Part shown: piece after piece, positions 1 through 9,784 of the stretch
How the letters are laid out: each line of letters begins with the position of its first letter
Position numbering within the stretch: the stretch's first letter is position 1
Assembly (NCBI GenBank): GCA_027004185.1
Contig: JALTIG010000272.1
Coordinates: forward strand, 1 to 46,499
DNA: 46,499 nucleotides
Direction: 5' to 3'
Source: a bacterium
Lineage (GTDB): Bacteria; Desulfobacterota; S145-22
Notes under the pieces: model-generated
Database searches by the model: none
Told to the model about the DNA's origin: nothing
The model's input: the letters and a program-made list of their open reading frames with translations, nothing else
Made by a program: the position numbers and the translations under genes

Positions 1-55
1 AAGCTGATATCGGTTTCCTTGGTGGTTCGTTTCAAGGTGACCGATCGTTTCTTCA
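1..55 (-). CDS. hisB: imidazoleglycerol-phosphate dehydratase, 5' end only (runs off the window)
   Basis: Minus-strand ATG at 55-53 is preceded by GGGAGG (69-64). The translation MKKRSVTLKRTTKETDIS fits the conserved R.TKET.I N-terminus of HisB. It is absent from the ORF track because it is truncated. Confidence 0.55.
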
Positions 56-75
56 TGTTTTGCCTCCCTAAAGGT

Positions 76-1329
76 TTATTCCTTGACGCGCCGGATATTA
101 GCTCCTACGGCCCTGAGTTTTTCCTCCATCCTTTCATACCCCCGGTCCAGGTGGTAAATACGAGAGATTTCTGTCGTTCCGCTGGCGGCCAGGCCAGCCA
201 GGACAAGAGAGGCACTGGCCCTGAGATCTGTTGCCATGACCGGGGCGCCGCTGAGCTCTCCCCGACCTCGGATGATCGCGCTGTGACCTTCGACCTGGAT
301 ATCTGCGCCCATCCTTTTGAGTTCCCCCACGTGCATAAAACGGTTTTCAAAGACGGTTTCCGAAATAACACTTAGCCCATTTGCCAGGCACATCATGGCC
401 ATGAGCTGGGCCTGGACATCTGTTGGAAACCCCGGGAAGGGAAGGGTTTTGACGTCCACGCTTTTGATGGGGCCTGTCAACAAACAACGCAGCCCCCCAT
501 TTTCCTCGTAGATTTCCATCCCAGCCTCGTGCAGCTTCTCGATCACTGCCTTCAGGTGCTGAGGTTGGGTCCCCTTAAGAAAGAGGTTCCCCCGCGTCAT
601 CCCTGCGGCTACCATGTAGGTAGCAGCTTCCACGCGGTCTGGCATGATGGTGTATTCCGTTCCGTGGAGACCAGGAACTCCCTTAATAACCAGGGTATTA
701 GTGCCAAGTCCCGAGACCTCTCCTCCCATTTGGTTGATGAATTCTCCGACCTCAACCACCTCTGGTTCCCGGGCTGCGTTTTCGATAACCGTGGTTCCCT
801 CTGCGAGGGCCGCGGCCATCATGAGGTTCTCAGTCCCCGTGACCGTGGGCAAGGGAAGGTCTATGGTGGTTCCCTTGAGACGTTTTGCCCTGGCATGGAT
901 GTACCCATGTTCCAAGGTGATTCGGGCGCCGAGGGCCTGGAACCCATCGAGGTGAAGGTTGATGGGGCGGGTACCGATAGCACAGCCACCAGGGAGGGAG
1001 ACCTTGGCTTCACGCGCACGGGCCAGCAAAGGACCCATGACAAGGATGGAGGCACGCATGGTCTTGACAAGTTCATACGGCGCTTCGATGGTCCCCAGGG
1101 TCTTGGCATGAATGGTAGCATCCCCCCCAGAGCGATCAACGGTGATCCCCATTATCCTCAAGAGTTTCTCCACCGTATCGATGTCTCTCAGCGCGGGAAC
1201 ATTGTGAAGGTGAACCGGTTCGTCGGTCAGTAGCGAGGCAATAAACAGGGGCAAGGCTGCATTTTTTGCCCCGGCAATCTGAATCTCCCCGATCAGGCGC
1301 TCACCGCCCTGAATAATCATTTTGTCCAA
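76..1329 (-). CDS. murA: UDP-N-acetylglucosamine 1-carboxyvinyltransferase
   Basis: 417-aa ORF. N-terminus [24 protein letters not shown] is typical of MurA. TTG start lies 1 nt after the prmC stop. Full-length EPSP-synthase-fold protein. Confidence 0.93.
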   Translation of the reverse strand: MDKMIIQGGERLIGEIQIAGAKNAALPLFIASLLTDEPVHLHNVPALRDIDTVEKLLRIMGITVDRSGGDATIHAKTLGTIEAPYELVKTMRASILVMGPLLARAREAKVSLPGGCAIGTRPINLHLDGFQALGARITLEHGYIHARAKRLKGTTIDLPLPTVTGTENLMMAAALAEGTTVIENAAREPEVVEVGEFINQMGGEVSGLGTNTLVIKGVPGLHGTEYTIMPDRVEAATYMVAAGMTRGNLFLKGTQPQHLKAVIEKLHEAGMEIYEENGGLRCLLTGPIKSVDVKTLPFPGFPTDVQAQLMAMMCLANGLSVISETVFENRFMHVGELKRMGADIQVEGHSAIIRGRGELSGAPVMATDLRASASLVLAGLAASGTTEISRIYHLDRGYERMEEKLRAVGANIRRVKE

Positions 1330-1330
1330 T

Positions 1331-2206
1331 TCAGAGTCTCCACGCTGAAACCACTCGAGGATATCCCGAGAGGTCGTGGTCTATCCTGACGCCGTGATAT
1401 GCCCGGGTCTCTTGAATAAGATTCATAACGGTTTCTCCCTGGTCTGGTGCGATCTCCGTAGCGAAAAGCCCACCCTGTCTGAGGTGTATGGGGGCCTCTG
1501 AAATCAAGCGCCGGAGGATGGCTAAACCGTCTTCTCCTCCGTCCAGGGCTTTCATTGGTTCAAAGCGCTGAATACCGGGAGGAAGACGGGAGATTTCATC
1601 CCTGCGGACATAGGGAGGGTTAGAGACCACGAGGTCAAAAAAAGGTGTGGGGCGAAAGGCCTGGAAAAGATCTGCACAGAGAAGGTAAAAAGGACCATCG
1701 GTTTCATAGGTGTGACAGTTCATCGAGGCTACGGCTAAAGCCTCGGCATCGATATCCACCAGGAAAGAATGCACTTTCAAGAACGATGCAATGGCCAGAG
1801 CCAAGGCACCCGAACCGCTGCCTATATCAACCAGTGTCTTAGGAGAAAACTTTCCCTCTTCCGCGATCCTTTTTTTGACTACCTCCACAACTGTCTCCGT
1901 TTCTGGCCTCGGGATGAGAACCCGGCGATCCACATAGAGCACCCGACTCCAGAACTCCTTTTTGTTGCGTATGTATGAGACGGGCTCTCCCTCGGTCCGC
2001 CGCTTGATGAAGGCCCTGTAGCTTGCGCGTTCGCTCTCCGTCAAAGGTTGGTCATAATGGGTATAGAGCGCAATTCTTTCCATATCAAGCACTTTCGAAA
2101 GAAGGACCTCCGCGTCCAGACGAGGCGTAGGTATTCCTTTCCTTTTGAAATAATCAGTTGTCCAGTTCAAAGCGTCCATGATGGTCCATAACGGCTTACT
2201 CGGCAT
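1331..2206 (-). CDS. prmC: peptide chain release factor N5-glutamine methyltransferase
   Basis: Has the NPPY catalytic motif (VVSNPPYV) and the SAM motif [11 protein letters not shown], and lies directly downstream of prfA. Start moved to the ATG at 2206 (GAGGAA 8 nt upstream), giving an 11-nt overlap with prfA. The ORF track extends to 2248. Confidence 0.85.
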   Translation of the reverse strand: MPSKPLWTIMDALNWTTDYFKRKGIPTPRLDAEVLLSKVLDMERIALYTHYDQPLTESERASYRAFIKRRTEGEPVSYIRNKKEFWSRVLYVDRRVLIPRPETETVVEVVKKRIAEEGKFSPKTLVDIGSGSGALALAIASFLKVHSFLVDIDAEALAVASMNCHTYETDGPFYLLCADLFQAFRPTPFFDLVVSNPPYVRRDEISRLPPGIQRFEPMKALDGGEDGLAILRRLISEAPIHLRQGGLFATEIAPDQGETVMNLIQETRAYHGVRIDHDLSGYPRVVSAWRL

Positions 2207-3296
2207 GGTCTGTTTCCTCTGATCCGGCTTTGAGGCGCTCTGATTCAAAATGGGCGATGAGGGGGTCGATTAACTGAGAAAGCTCTCCTTCGAGGATTGA
2301 ATCGAGTTTGTACAGCGTCAGGCCAATCCGGTGGTCAGTAACCCGGTTTTGTGGGTAATTGTACGTGCGTATACGCTCACTCCGGTCCCCTGAGCCAACC
2401 ATGTTCCGGCGTTTCTCAGAGATCTCCATGTGCTTTTCTTGTTCCATCCGGTCCAGCAGTCGAGCGCGAAGGACTTTCATGGCCTTTGTCTTATTTTTAT
2501 GCTGAGATTTTTCATCTTGGCATGTTACGACGATCCCAGTTGGTTTGTGAGTGATACGCACCGCGGAATCTGTCGTATTGACGTGTTGCCCCCCAGGGCC
2601 GGAGGAGCGGTACACGTCAATTTCCAACTCTGTTGGGTCGATTTCTACATCGACCTCTTCTGCCTCGGGAAGCACAGCCACTGTGACCGCGGAGGTATGG
2701 ATCCTTCCTTGGGATTCCGTTTCGGGAACGCGCTGAACCCGGTGAACACCTGATTCATACTTCAACTGACTGTAGGCTCCTTTCCCCTCGATGAGGAAGA
2801 TAACCTCCTTGAATCCGCCAATCCCTGTCACATTCTGGCTGAGCATTTCCATTTTCCAATTCTTCTTTTCCGCGAAGCGGGTATACATCCTGAAGAGCTC
2901 CGTGGCGAAGAGGGCTGCCTCTTCTCCCCCCGTTCCGGCACGGATCTCCATCACGATGTTTTTTTCGTCGCTGGGATCTTTGGGGAGCAATGCTCGTTGG
3001 ATAGCTATGAGCACCTGTTTCCGCTTTTCTTGTAGTATCTTAATTTCTTCATGGGCAAGTTCTCGGACCTCCTCATCGGAATCGTGAAGAAGGCTTCTAT
3101 TTTCCTCGAGCTGGGTCTCGATGGATTTTTTCTGATGAAAAAAATCCACGATCTTGGATAGATCAGCGTGTTCCTTGGCGTACTGTGTGTATAGGTTACG
3201 GTCTCGGATGACCTCCGGTCGACTCAACTTGGAAGACAGTGTGTGGTAACGTTCTTCCAATTCCTCCAATTTCTGGTCAAGGCTGAATTTGGACAT
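2196..3296 (-). CDS. prfA: peptide chain release factor 1
   Basis: 366 aa with the GGQ motif ([20 protein letters not shown]) and class-I release factor architecture. Followed by prmC. Confidence 0.93.
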   Translation of the reverse strand: MSKFSLDQKLEELEERYHTLSSKLSRPEVIRDRNLYTQYAKEHADLSKIVDFFHQKKSIETQLEENRSLLHDSDEEVRELAHEEIKILQEKRKQVLIAIQRALLPKDPSDEKNIVMEIRAGTGGEEAALFATELFRMYTRFAEKKNWKMEMLSQNVTGIGGFKEVIFLIEGKGAYSQLKYESGVHRVQRVPETESQGRIHTSAVTVAVLPEAEEVDVEIDPTELEIDVYRSSGPGGQHVNTTDSAVRITHKPTGIVVTCQDEKSQHKNKTKAMKVLRARLLDRMEQEKHMEISEKRRNMVGSGDRSERIRTYNYPQNRVTDHRIGLTLYKLDSILEGELSQLIDPLIAHFESERLKAGSEETDHAE

Positions 3297-3314
3297 GAAG
3301 AATCCTTCTGGGAT

Positions 3315-4055
3315 CTAAAGGGTTTTAAAGAAATGTCGGACTGACCGGATTTTCCCACAATTCATTGCCCCTTCCGGGCAGGGCCCCACTATGCAAGCAG
3401 GGCCCGCATCTTCAAAGAGCGCGGGAGCAATGGGTTTCACCTGCCTTAGCATTTCTATGGCCATCATCCGGATTTCCCACTGTGCCCGATTACAGCACCT
3501 CAGGCGGAAGAAGTATCGTAGTTCCCGTGCGTTCATGGTGAGGATCAGTTTTGTCTCTGCGGCATTGGGAAGTACAAAACGGGCATCTTCTTGAGATGCC
3601 TCCCCCTTGTCCCCGAGAAGCTGGTTCCATTCGTCATACCAAGACTGAATTTGGCGCATTTGCTTGTCGAACCGGTCTATATAAAACTGTCCAAGTGACT
3701 TGATGCGAGGAGGAATGACATAATTAAACACTCCGTCAGGGCTCTTGTTCGACGTCTTGCCAACGTATCGCTGGCTTTGAACAGAGAAACTCGCAATACG
3801 ATGCCTTGTCAACTGGGCTAAAAGACTCCGTGAAACCCCTTCGATCCCGAAGGTAAAACTCGCGTGTTCAATGGGTGAAAGATGACCGAAGGCCAAGAGC
3901 CTCTTTATCAACGCCTTTTCATCCCCTGCCTTAAAAGAGGTGGCCAGTGAGGCGATATCCGTTTCTGTGTAACAGAGGCGTGCCGCCAATGCAATGGTTG
4001 CCTCCGGATTGGGGGTCCACTTTAGAAGCTTGACTTGAAGACTGGTTTCTCCCAT
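3315..4055 (-). CDS. thyX: FAD-dependent thymidylate synthase
   Basis: 246 aa carrying the ThyX signature RHRIASFSVQSQRY (RHR..S....SQR). Confidence 0.9.
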   Translation of the reverse strand: MGETSLQVKLLKWTPNPEATIALAARLCYTETDIASLATSFKAGDEKALIKRLLAFGHLSPIEHASFTFGIEGVSRSLLAQLTRHRIASFSVQSQRYVGKTSNKSPDGVFNYVIPPRIKSLGQFYIDRFDKQMRQIQSWYDEWNQLLGDKGEASQEDARFVLPNAAETKLILTMNARELRYFFRLRCCNRAQWEIRMMAIEMLRQVKPIAPALFEDAGPACIVGPCPEGAMNCGKIRSVRHFFKTL

Positions 4056-4059
4056 GTTT

Positions 4060-4293
4060 TCATTGCGTTACGGCCGGAGCCTTTTGAGCTGGCATCTTTG
4101 CGCCGTATTTCCGCCTGAATTTTTCTATCCTACCGGCTGAATCAACAATCTTTTGTTTACCGGTAAAAAACGGATGGCATTGTGAGCAGATCTCTATATG
4201 GATCTCTTTTTTGGTTGAAAGCGTCTTAAATTCCGCTCCGCAACTACATCTAACCGTCACCTCGTGCAGCTTTGGATGAATACCTTTTTTCAT
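4060..4293 (-). CDS. rpmE: 50S ribosomal protein L31
   Basis: 77 aa. MKKGIHPK...CSCG....[10 protein letters not shown] is the Zn-ribbon form of L31. A GAAGGAGG RBS lies upstream. Confidence 0.93.
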   Translation of the reverse strand: MKKGIHPKLHEVTVRCSCGAEFKTLSTKKEIHIEICSQCHPFFTGKQKIVDSAGRIEKFRRKYGAKMPAQKAPAVTQ

Positions 4294-4557
4294 TTTTATA
4301 ACAATAACCTCCTTCTTTCACAAGATACCAAACATTTATATTATCAAACTTCACAATAAAAAGCAACTTTAATTTCTTTCCCCTGGAAACTAAAACTGAT
4401 GGGATGGTATCATTGAATTTAAGTGTCGGCCTGTTGTGAGTTAACATGCCACATGGTAGTGGTTCCAGAGGGAGTCTAATAGGGAGAAGATGTGTTTAAA
4501 CAACACGGATATGTATGGGCATTGAAAGCCTCATGCGAACCCGGGAAAATTTGACTC

Positions 4558-5091
4558 TTATCTCTTCTCCCCAGCTCTTACAGGTACCTTAAGCAAATTT
4601 TCTGGGGGTACCAGAGGGCAGGCATAATCCTTGCTATATGCGCACCAAGGGTTATATGCCCTATTAAAATCAAGGATCCACTTCCCGCTTGCAGTGCGGT
4701 CAACTAAATCAAGGTCGAGATACCGACCTGCCCCATATGTTTCCTTGCCGCTCGTAGCATCGCGAAAGGGAACGAATAATCGCTCTTCCTCGGGATCGCT
4801 TTTATAGGCCTGTAGAGTGCAATCTTCGTTTCCAATTCTGAATCGGAATTCACCCCATTGCAGGAAGTGCCTTATATTTCCTTTGGTGTCTTCGATTTCT
4901 ATTGTTTTTTTATCATTATGTTCATGCAGTTCGAGTTCAAACCTCAATTTTGGGTCCGGTGGATAGTACTTAAGTCCTTTGAACTTCTGTCTTTCTTCCA
5001 ACGAGATTGGGGATTGCCAATGCGTCGCAAAAAATATGTCCTTTTCTTTCCTTTCCTCCTCAAGCCTCTCTTTCCATTTTTGTATGTTCAT
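4558..5091 (-). CDS. DUF1684 domain-containing protein
   Basis: C-terminal block FRDATSGKETYGAGRYL...LDFNRAYNPWCAYS..YACPLVPPENLL..VRAGEK matches the DUF1684 signature as I recall it. Confidence 0.7.
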   Translation of the reverse strand: MNIQKWKERLEEERKEKDIFFATHWQSPISLEERQKFKGLKYYPPDPKLRFELELHEHNDKKTIEIEDTKGNIRHFLQWGEFRFRIGNEDCTLQAYKSDPEEERLFVPFRDATSGKETYGAGRYLDLDLVDRTASGKWILDFNRAYNPWCAYSKDYACPLVPPENLLKVPVRAGEKR

Positions 5092-5109
5092 TTTAGCCTC
5101 ACCCTCTCT

Positions 5110-5682
5110 TTATTTCTTTGTGAAATTTAAAATGTAGCCGCTGTTATAGTGCCTGTCATGTATAAGCTCCTTATAAAATTGCATTTCAAAGCTGAACCTT
5201 GCATCTTCTATCTCCCTTATAACATCTTCTAACTGCATATTTGATAGACTCCATAACGGTTCATCCGATTTATAGTGTTTCGGATAAACTGAAAGGAGAC
5301 CCCCGTTCTTTAAGACCCTGAGAGATTCGTTATAAATTTTATTTCTTTCCGCAGTATCCATATAGTGCAGAACATCATAAAGTAAGACTACATCGACAGA
5401 TTCATCCTCCAAACCAATCTTTAATTCCGCTGAACGATTATGCATTGGAACTATATTTTTTAGGCCTTCCTCCTTAGCTGTACTCATCAATCTGTTTAGC
5501 GAATCCATGTCCTTATCAACTGCATATAATATACCTCCTTTTCCAACTACCTTTGCGGCTGGAATTGTATAATGACCGACATTACAGCCAAAATCCAAAA
5601 CAACCTGTCCCTCTCTAATGCCGATATTCCTTAAAAATATCTCCCCTTTCCCTTTTAACCATTCTTTAACGTCAACTTCCAT
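5110..5682 (-). CDS. class I SAM-dependent methyltransferase
   Basis: 190 aa with motif I VLDFGCNVGHYT and the post-I acidic residue (AVDKD). Low-GC gene. Confidence 0.7.
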   Translation of the reverse strand: MEVDVKEWLKGKGEIFLRNIGIREGQVVLDFGCNVGHYTIPAAKVVGKGGILYAVDKDMDSLNRLMSTAKEEGLKNIVPMHNRSAELKIGLEDESVDVVLLYDVLHYMDTAERNKIYNESLRVLKNGGLLSVYPKHYKSDEPLWSLSNMQLEDVIREIEDARFSFEMQFYKELIHDRHYNSGYILNFTKK

Positions 5683-5744
5683 GCCTTTTTCTCGTCCGGG
5701 AATAGTGCGAGTTCATGTTACGTCTTGTGTGGCTACGATATTGC

Positions 5745-5767
5745 AACCAAAGGGGGCAATGCCCCCT
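5745..5767 (-). terminator. putative intrinsic terminator downstream of the MBL-fold gene
   Basis: Minus-strand reading is AGGGGGC-ATT-GCCCCCT followed by TTGGTT. It is preceded by a second strong hairpin at 5789-5817. The U-tract is weak. Confidence 0.35.
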
Positions 5768-5882
5768 GTCTGCGTCTGCCTGTCGCGGCTGCCTGTCTGC
5801 GTGCAACGCACAGGCAGGTAAAGTTCATAGCCTTTAGCATGCGGTATATATGTTTTAGATGTAACTGCTGTTCCCATATTCT

Positions 5883-6524
5883 TCATAGCAAAATTATTCT
5901 GCCTGCACCACCATCAACATAATTCTCAGCATATAGTGATTTTATCTCCGCTTTATGTTGAGTGCAGTGAGTAGGACAAATCAGCCCTAAGTTTTTAAAT
6001 AAATCAAATTCACTAAATCCATGTAATCCGCCAATAATCCCGTAAAGCTCTCCAAATTGCGAGGCGGCTTGAAGAATATGCGCCATTCTTGGATGAGAAC
6101 ATCCTGTGATAACAATTATTCCTCTCTCTGTTTTGATCGCCATGCTCTGCTCTATACCATCCAGCTCGCCAGTAGAAAAGACGTTTTCATGGATTTGCTG
6201 AGGCCGTTCGATGCTTACAACTTCCCTTGCCCCGGGGGGTTTAAAACAGGAAATGGGAATATAGACCTTAACCTCATTATTCACCTGAAGAAGGCTCTGA
6301 AGCCCCCCAATGTGATCAAAATGGGGGTGTGAGATAAAGACTTCATCTATAGAGATGGGATCGATATTAAGTTTTTGCATATTTGAAAGGAGTATGGAGC
6401 CGCTTGAGCCTGTATCGAAGAGGATCCTCGGGGTGTTTTCTACTTCTACAAGGCAAGAGAAACCCCAATCGGATTTGAGGCCTTTTTGATAAACGGTATT
6501 ATCATAGACAATAGTGACTTTCAC
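5883..6524 (-). CDS. MBL-fold metallo-hydrolase (COG1237-like)
   Basis: 213 aa with the HxHxDH motif (SHPHFDHIGG). The N-terminus MKVTIVYDN....GL..DWGFS resembles the COG1237 family. GTG start with AGGAGG 5 nt upstream. Confidence 0.7.
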   Translation of the reverse strand: MKVTIVYDNTVYQKGLKSDWGFSCLVEVENTPRILFDTGSSGSILLSNMQKLNIDPISIDEVFISHPHFDHIGGLQSLLQVNNEVKVYIPISCFKPPGAREVVSIERPQQIHENVFSTGELDGIEQSMAIKTERGIIVITGCSHPRMAHILQAASQFGELYGIIGGLHGFSEFDLFKNLGLICPTHCTQHKAEIKSLYAENYVDGGAGRIILL

Positions 6525-6726
6525 ATTGACCTCCTATTTTTTCTATTGCCATTCAGATGGCAAGGAATTAAGTCTCACCTTTAAGATATTCCCCTCCCTT
6601 TTAATGCTTATTTTCTTCCCTTCAGGTGTGATTGTCAATAAAATCTCATAAATCCTTAACGAAGGCTAGTGGTAATATAAGGCATCTCAAAAGCAGGTTC
6701 ACTACTCGTTACTGATTATATAACAT

Positions 6727-7371
6727 CTATTTTTTTATTTCTACCCAAAAACCTGCCGGGTCGTCAAGTATACGGAAATTCGTTATACCCGCTTTTGATA
6801 TAACATCACTTATTGTTTCAGGGGAACTGTAAGCTTTTGCGTCCTCTTTCAGGGAACGGTCTCTTAGACTCTTCATTCTGTTTAATTCTTCCTCGGTTAC
6901 ATACCTTCCAAACCCGCCTCCAACAAATCCTATGCCACTCCCTTTCAAAACTCTATAGATTTCCTTAAATACCTGAACCTTATCTTTCCAACAATGGTAT
7001 GCCCCCCTGCTGATGATAAAGTCGGCAAATTCACTGCCAAAAGGGAGTTCGTTTGCATCACCCTGGACAGGAATAATCCTGTCTTTCAAACCTTCATTTT
7101 CAATATTGCTGCATGCTAGCTGACATATGGCCTTTTCCTTTTCCAATGCGTATATCCTTAATTTAGAATGCCTGCATAATTCAACTGCAAAAATGGCCGT
7201 GCCACAACCAATGTCAATGCCTACGCCTTCCAGAACACCATAATTCTCAACGAGTTGTTTCACTGTCGAGATAATCGCTGGCATAAAGTTTTCTCTGACC
7301 ATTTTATCGAAACGTTTTGCCTCTAAGTGGTCCATTTCACTGTAATCAGCCGGAACGTGTTTCTCAGGCAT
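6727..7371 (-). CDS. class I SAM-dependent methyltransferase
   Basis: 214 aa with motif I GIDIGCGTAIFAVEL. Confidence 0.65.
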   Translation of the reverse strand: MPEKHVPADYSEMDHLEAKRFDKMVRENFMPAIISTVKQLVENYGVLEGVGIDIGCGTAIFAVELCRHSKLRIYALEKEKAICQLACSNIENEGLKDRIIPVQGDANELPFGSEFADFIISRGAYHCWKDKVQVFKEIYRVLKGSGIGFVGGGFGRYVTEEELNRMKSLRDRSLKEDAKAYSSPETISDVISKAGITNFRILDDPAGFWVEIKK

Positions 7372-7551
7372 CGTTTTACTCTCCTTTTAAACTTTGAAAG
7401 ACTTTCTATCCGGTTCCATCTATCCGCCCTGCCTCTTTCCCATTTATGTGTTAGTTGGGATTCATGATATGCGGTTAGTTTGTTGTACTAAGGAATCTCT
7501 TGGCTCATACTTCACATCACCGGAAGAATCTTGCCCGAGTGGATGTGATTG

Positions 7552-8241
7552 TTATATTGCGTATTCAACTGCCTTCTCAGCATGAATGGCTGTTGTATCG
7601 AATAATCTTACTTTAGTATCAGCTTGACTAACTAACATCCCAATCTCTGTACAACCGAGAATGACTGCCTCTGCCCCTTGTGTAGCCAAAGTATCAATAA
7701 TGCGCAAGTACTCAGCTTTTGATTCGGCTTTGATGTTGCCTAAACAAAGCTCTTGATAAATAACCTTGTGAACAATTTCTCTATCCTTTTTACCTGGCAC
7801 TAACACCTGAAGACCGTACTTGTTTATCAGCCTACCTTTGTAGAAGTCTTGCTCCATAGTAAAGGCCGTACCTAATAGACCTACCGTATGAATACCTTCC
7901 CTGACTAGAGCCTCTGCTGTTGCGTCAGCGATATGTAGCAAAGGGATTTCAATTGCAGCCTCAATTTCTGGCGCAACCTTGTGCATCGTATTTGTACAGA
8001 TGAGCAGAAAATCTGCCCCGGCTGCTTCAATGTTTTTTGCTGCTTCTGTTAATAGTTTTGCAGTACCCTTCCAATCGCCAGCATGTTGTAGCTTCTCAAT
8101 TGGCTCGAAATCAACGCTGTACATGGCAATCTTCGCAGAGTGTAGGCCGCCGAGGCGTTGCTTTACGCCCTCATTGATTGCCCGATAGTAACCGAGGGTA
8201 CTTTCCCAACTCATTCCGCCAAGCAAGCCGATTGTTTTCAT
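7552..8241 (-). CDS. aspartate/glutamate racemase family protein
   Basis: 229 aa. N-terminus MKTIGLLGGMSWEST, plus the two catalytic Cys contexts LICTNTMH and LGCTEIG. Confidence 0.8.
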   Translation of the reverse strand: MKTIGLLGGMSWESTLGYYRAINEGVKQRLGGLHSAKIAMYSVDFEPIEKLQHAGDWKGTAKLLTEAAKNIEAAGADFLLICTNTMHKVAPEIEAAIEIPLLHIADATAEALVREGIHTVGLLGTAFTMEQDFYKGRLINKYGLQVLVPGKKDREIVHKVIYQELCLGNIKAESKAEYLRIIDTLATQGAEAVILGCTEIGMLVSQADTKVRLFDTTAIHAEKAVEYAI

Positions 8242-8349
8242 TTGCTATGCCCCTTTCTCCTTCCACCATGCCAGTGTGATTTTTTTATTTTTCACTATAA
8301 ATTCTTATACTTGCATGGTAGCCATGTCAAGCTCGGAAACACCGCAAGT

Positions 8350-9771
8350 TTAACTATGATGTTGGATACTGCCACCACCCCCGCCCAGGACCGCATAAAG
8401 CCTTACCAGGTTGGCGGATCGGATCAGTTTGAGATGGGTGAGAATCTGTTCCTGAATGTAGAGGGTACGCTGAGCGTCAAGGACACTTAAATAGCTGTCG
8501 AGCCCGATAAGATAACGGTTTCTGGAAAGTTGGTAGGTTTTCTTAGCGGCCAGGGTGAGGGATTCTTGTGCCTTGATTTCATCGTTGATGGTACCCTGTA
8601 TCGCCAGTGCATCGGCCACTTCCCGAAAGGCTGTCTGGATGGCTTTTTCGTATTCCGCCAGGGCGATTTTCCGTTCCGTTTTGCTGACCCTGTAAGCAGC
8701 CCAGGTACGGGCATCGAAGATGGGCATCGTTACACGGGGAATGAAAGACCAGGTTCCGTTACCAGAGCTAAAAAGACCTGAGAGCTCGTCACTCGCGGTT
8801 CCTATCTCTGTTGTTAAGATAATACGGGGAAAAAAGGTTGCCCGGGCAGCGCCGATGGAGGCGTAGGCCGCCTTGAGTCGATGCTCCGCCGAGATGATAT
8901 CTGGACGTTTCAGGAGTACCTCTGAGGAAAGGCCGGGTGAGATAGCCTTGATGGGAGCCACACTTTTAAGATCAACGGGCAGCAGGTTTTTCGGGACCGG
9001 TTTGCCGGTAAGGAGGTTTAGGGCGTTGAGATCCAGTGCAGCCAGCTGGGTATAGCGTGGAATGTCCCGCCGCGCCGCTTCCATCTGTGTCTGAGCCCGG
9101 CGTATATCCAGTTCCGTAGCAAGGCCGGCTTTAAATAGCTTTTTTATTAAATTATAAGAGTTCAATTGGGTGGCGTACGTATCCATGGCCAGTTTGAGGT
9201 TCTCCCGGTCTGCGGCAAGGGTTAGGTAAACCTGTCCAACCTCTGAAATCAGCGCGATCCGCGCACTACGCCGTGCCTGCTCCGTTGCCAGATATTCCTG
9301 CAGTGCCCGTCTTTTCAGGCTGCGGATGCGACCAAAAAAGTCGATTTCCCAGGATGTAGCGCCGAGATTAACCGTTAATTCCTTTGTGGTCCGTGGCTCC
9401 CTAAACGGTGTCAGGTCTGCGGCGCTTCGTCGTTTGATTTCACTTCCAGAGGCATTGAATGATGGGAATAAGGCAGCCCGTTGAACGCCATAAAGGGCCC
9501 GGGCGTGCTCTACATTCAGGGCTGCGAGCTTCAAGTCACGGTTGTTCTTAAGAGCCATCCTGATGACCTTTTGGAGCCTGGGATCGGTGAAGAAATCCCG
9601 CCAACCGAGTTTATCGGCCATTGGCTCTTTGGAGGAAGCCTGTCTATCTTTATACGCCTTACCATGCGGCCATTCAGTTGGAATCGGTGCTTTAGGCCGG
9701 GTGTATTTGGGCGATAAGGTGCCACATCCGAGAAGGAGCGAGAAAATCACGATCCACAAAAGAGTTTTCAT
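8350..9771 (-). CDS. RND efflux outer-membrane lipoprotein (NodT/OprM family)
   Basis: Start trimmed to the ATG at 9771, giving MKTLLWIVIFSLLLGC (lipobox), 14 nt after the RND pump stop. The body contains duplicated OEP-type helical repeats. Confidence 0.85.
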   Translation of the reverse strand: MKTLLWIVIFSLLLGCGTLSPKYTRPKAPIPTEWPHGKAYKDRQASSKEPMADKLGWRDFFTDPRLQKVIRMALKNNRDLKLAALNVEHARALYGVQRAALFPSFNASGSEIKRRSAADLTPFREPRTTKELTVNLGATSWEIDFFGRIRSLKRRALQEYLATEQARRSARIALISEVGQVYLTLAADRENLKLAMDTYATQLNSYNLIKKLFKAGLATELDIRRAQTQMEAARRDIPRYTQLAALDLNALNLLTGKPVPKNLLPVDLKSVAPIKAISPGLSSEVLLKRPDIISAEHRLKAAYASIGAARATFFPRIILTTEIGTASDELSGLFSSGNGTWSFIPRVTMPIFDARTWAAYRVSKTERKIALAEYEKAIQTAFREVADALAIQGTINDEIKAQESLTLAAKKTYQLSRNRYLIGLDSYLSVLDAQRTLYIQEQILTHLKLIRSANLVRLYAVLGGGGGSIQHHS

Positions 9772-9784
9772 ATCCGATAGTCTC

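Noticed and set aside
529-1233. 234-aa plus-strand ORF (plus 644..955 and others) antisense to murA
   Set aside because: It lies completely inside the well-supported murA gene on the opposite strand, has no RBS or recognisable motifs, and has the Arg/Gly/Pro-rich composition typical of shadow ORFs.
5618-5922. Two small plus-strand ORFs (67 and 65 aa) crossing the GC-rich repeat element
   Set aside because: They are Cys/Arg-rich translations produced by the hairpin repeats, have no RBS, and overlap neighbouring gene ends. They are treated as non-coding structure.
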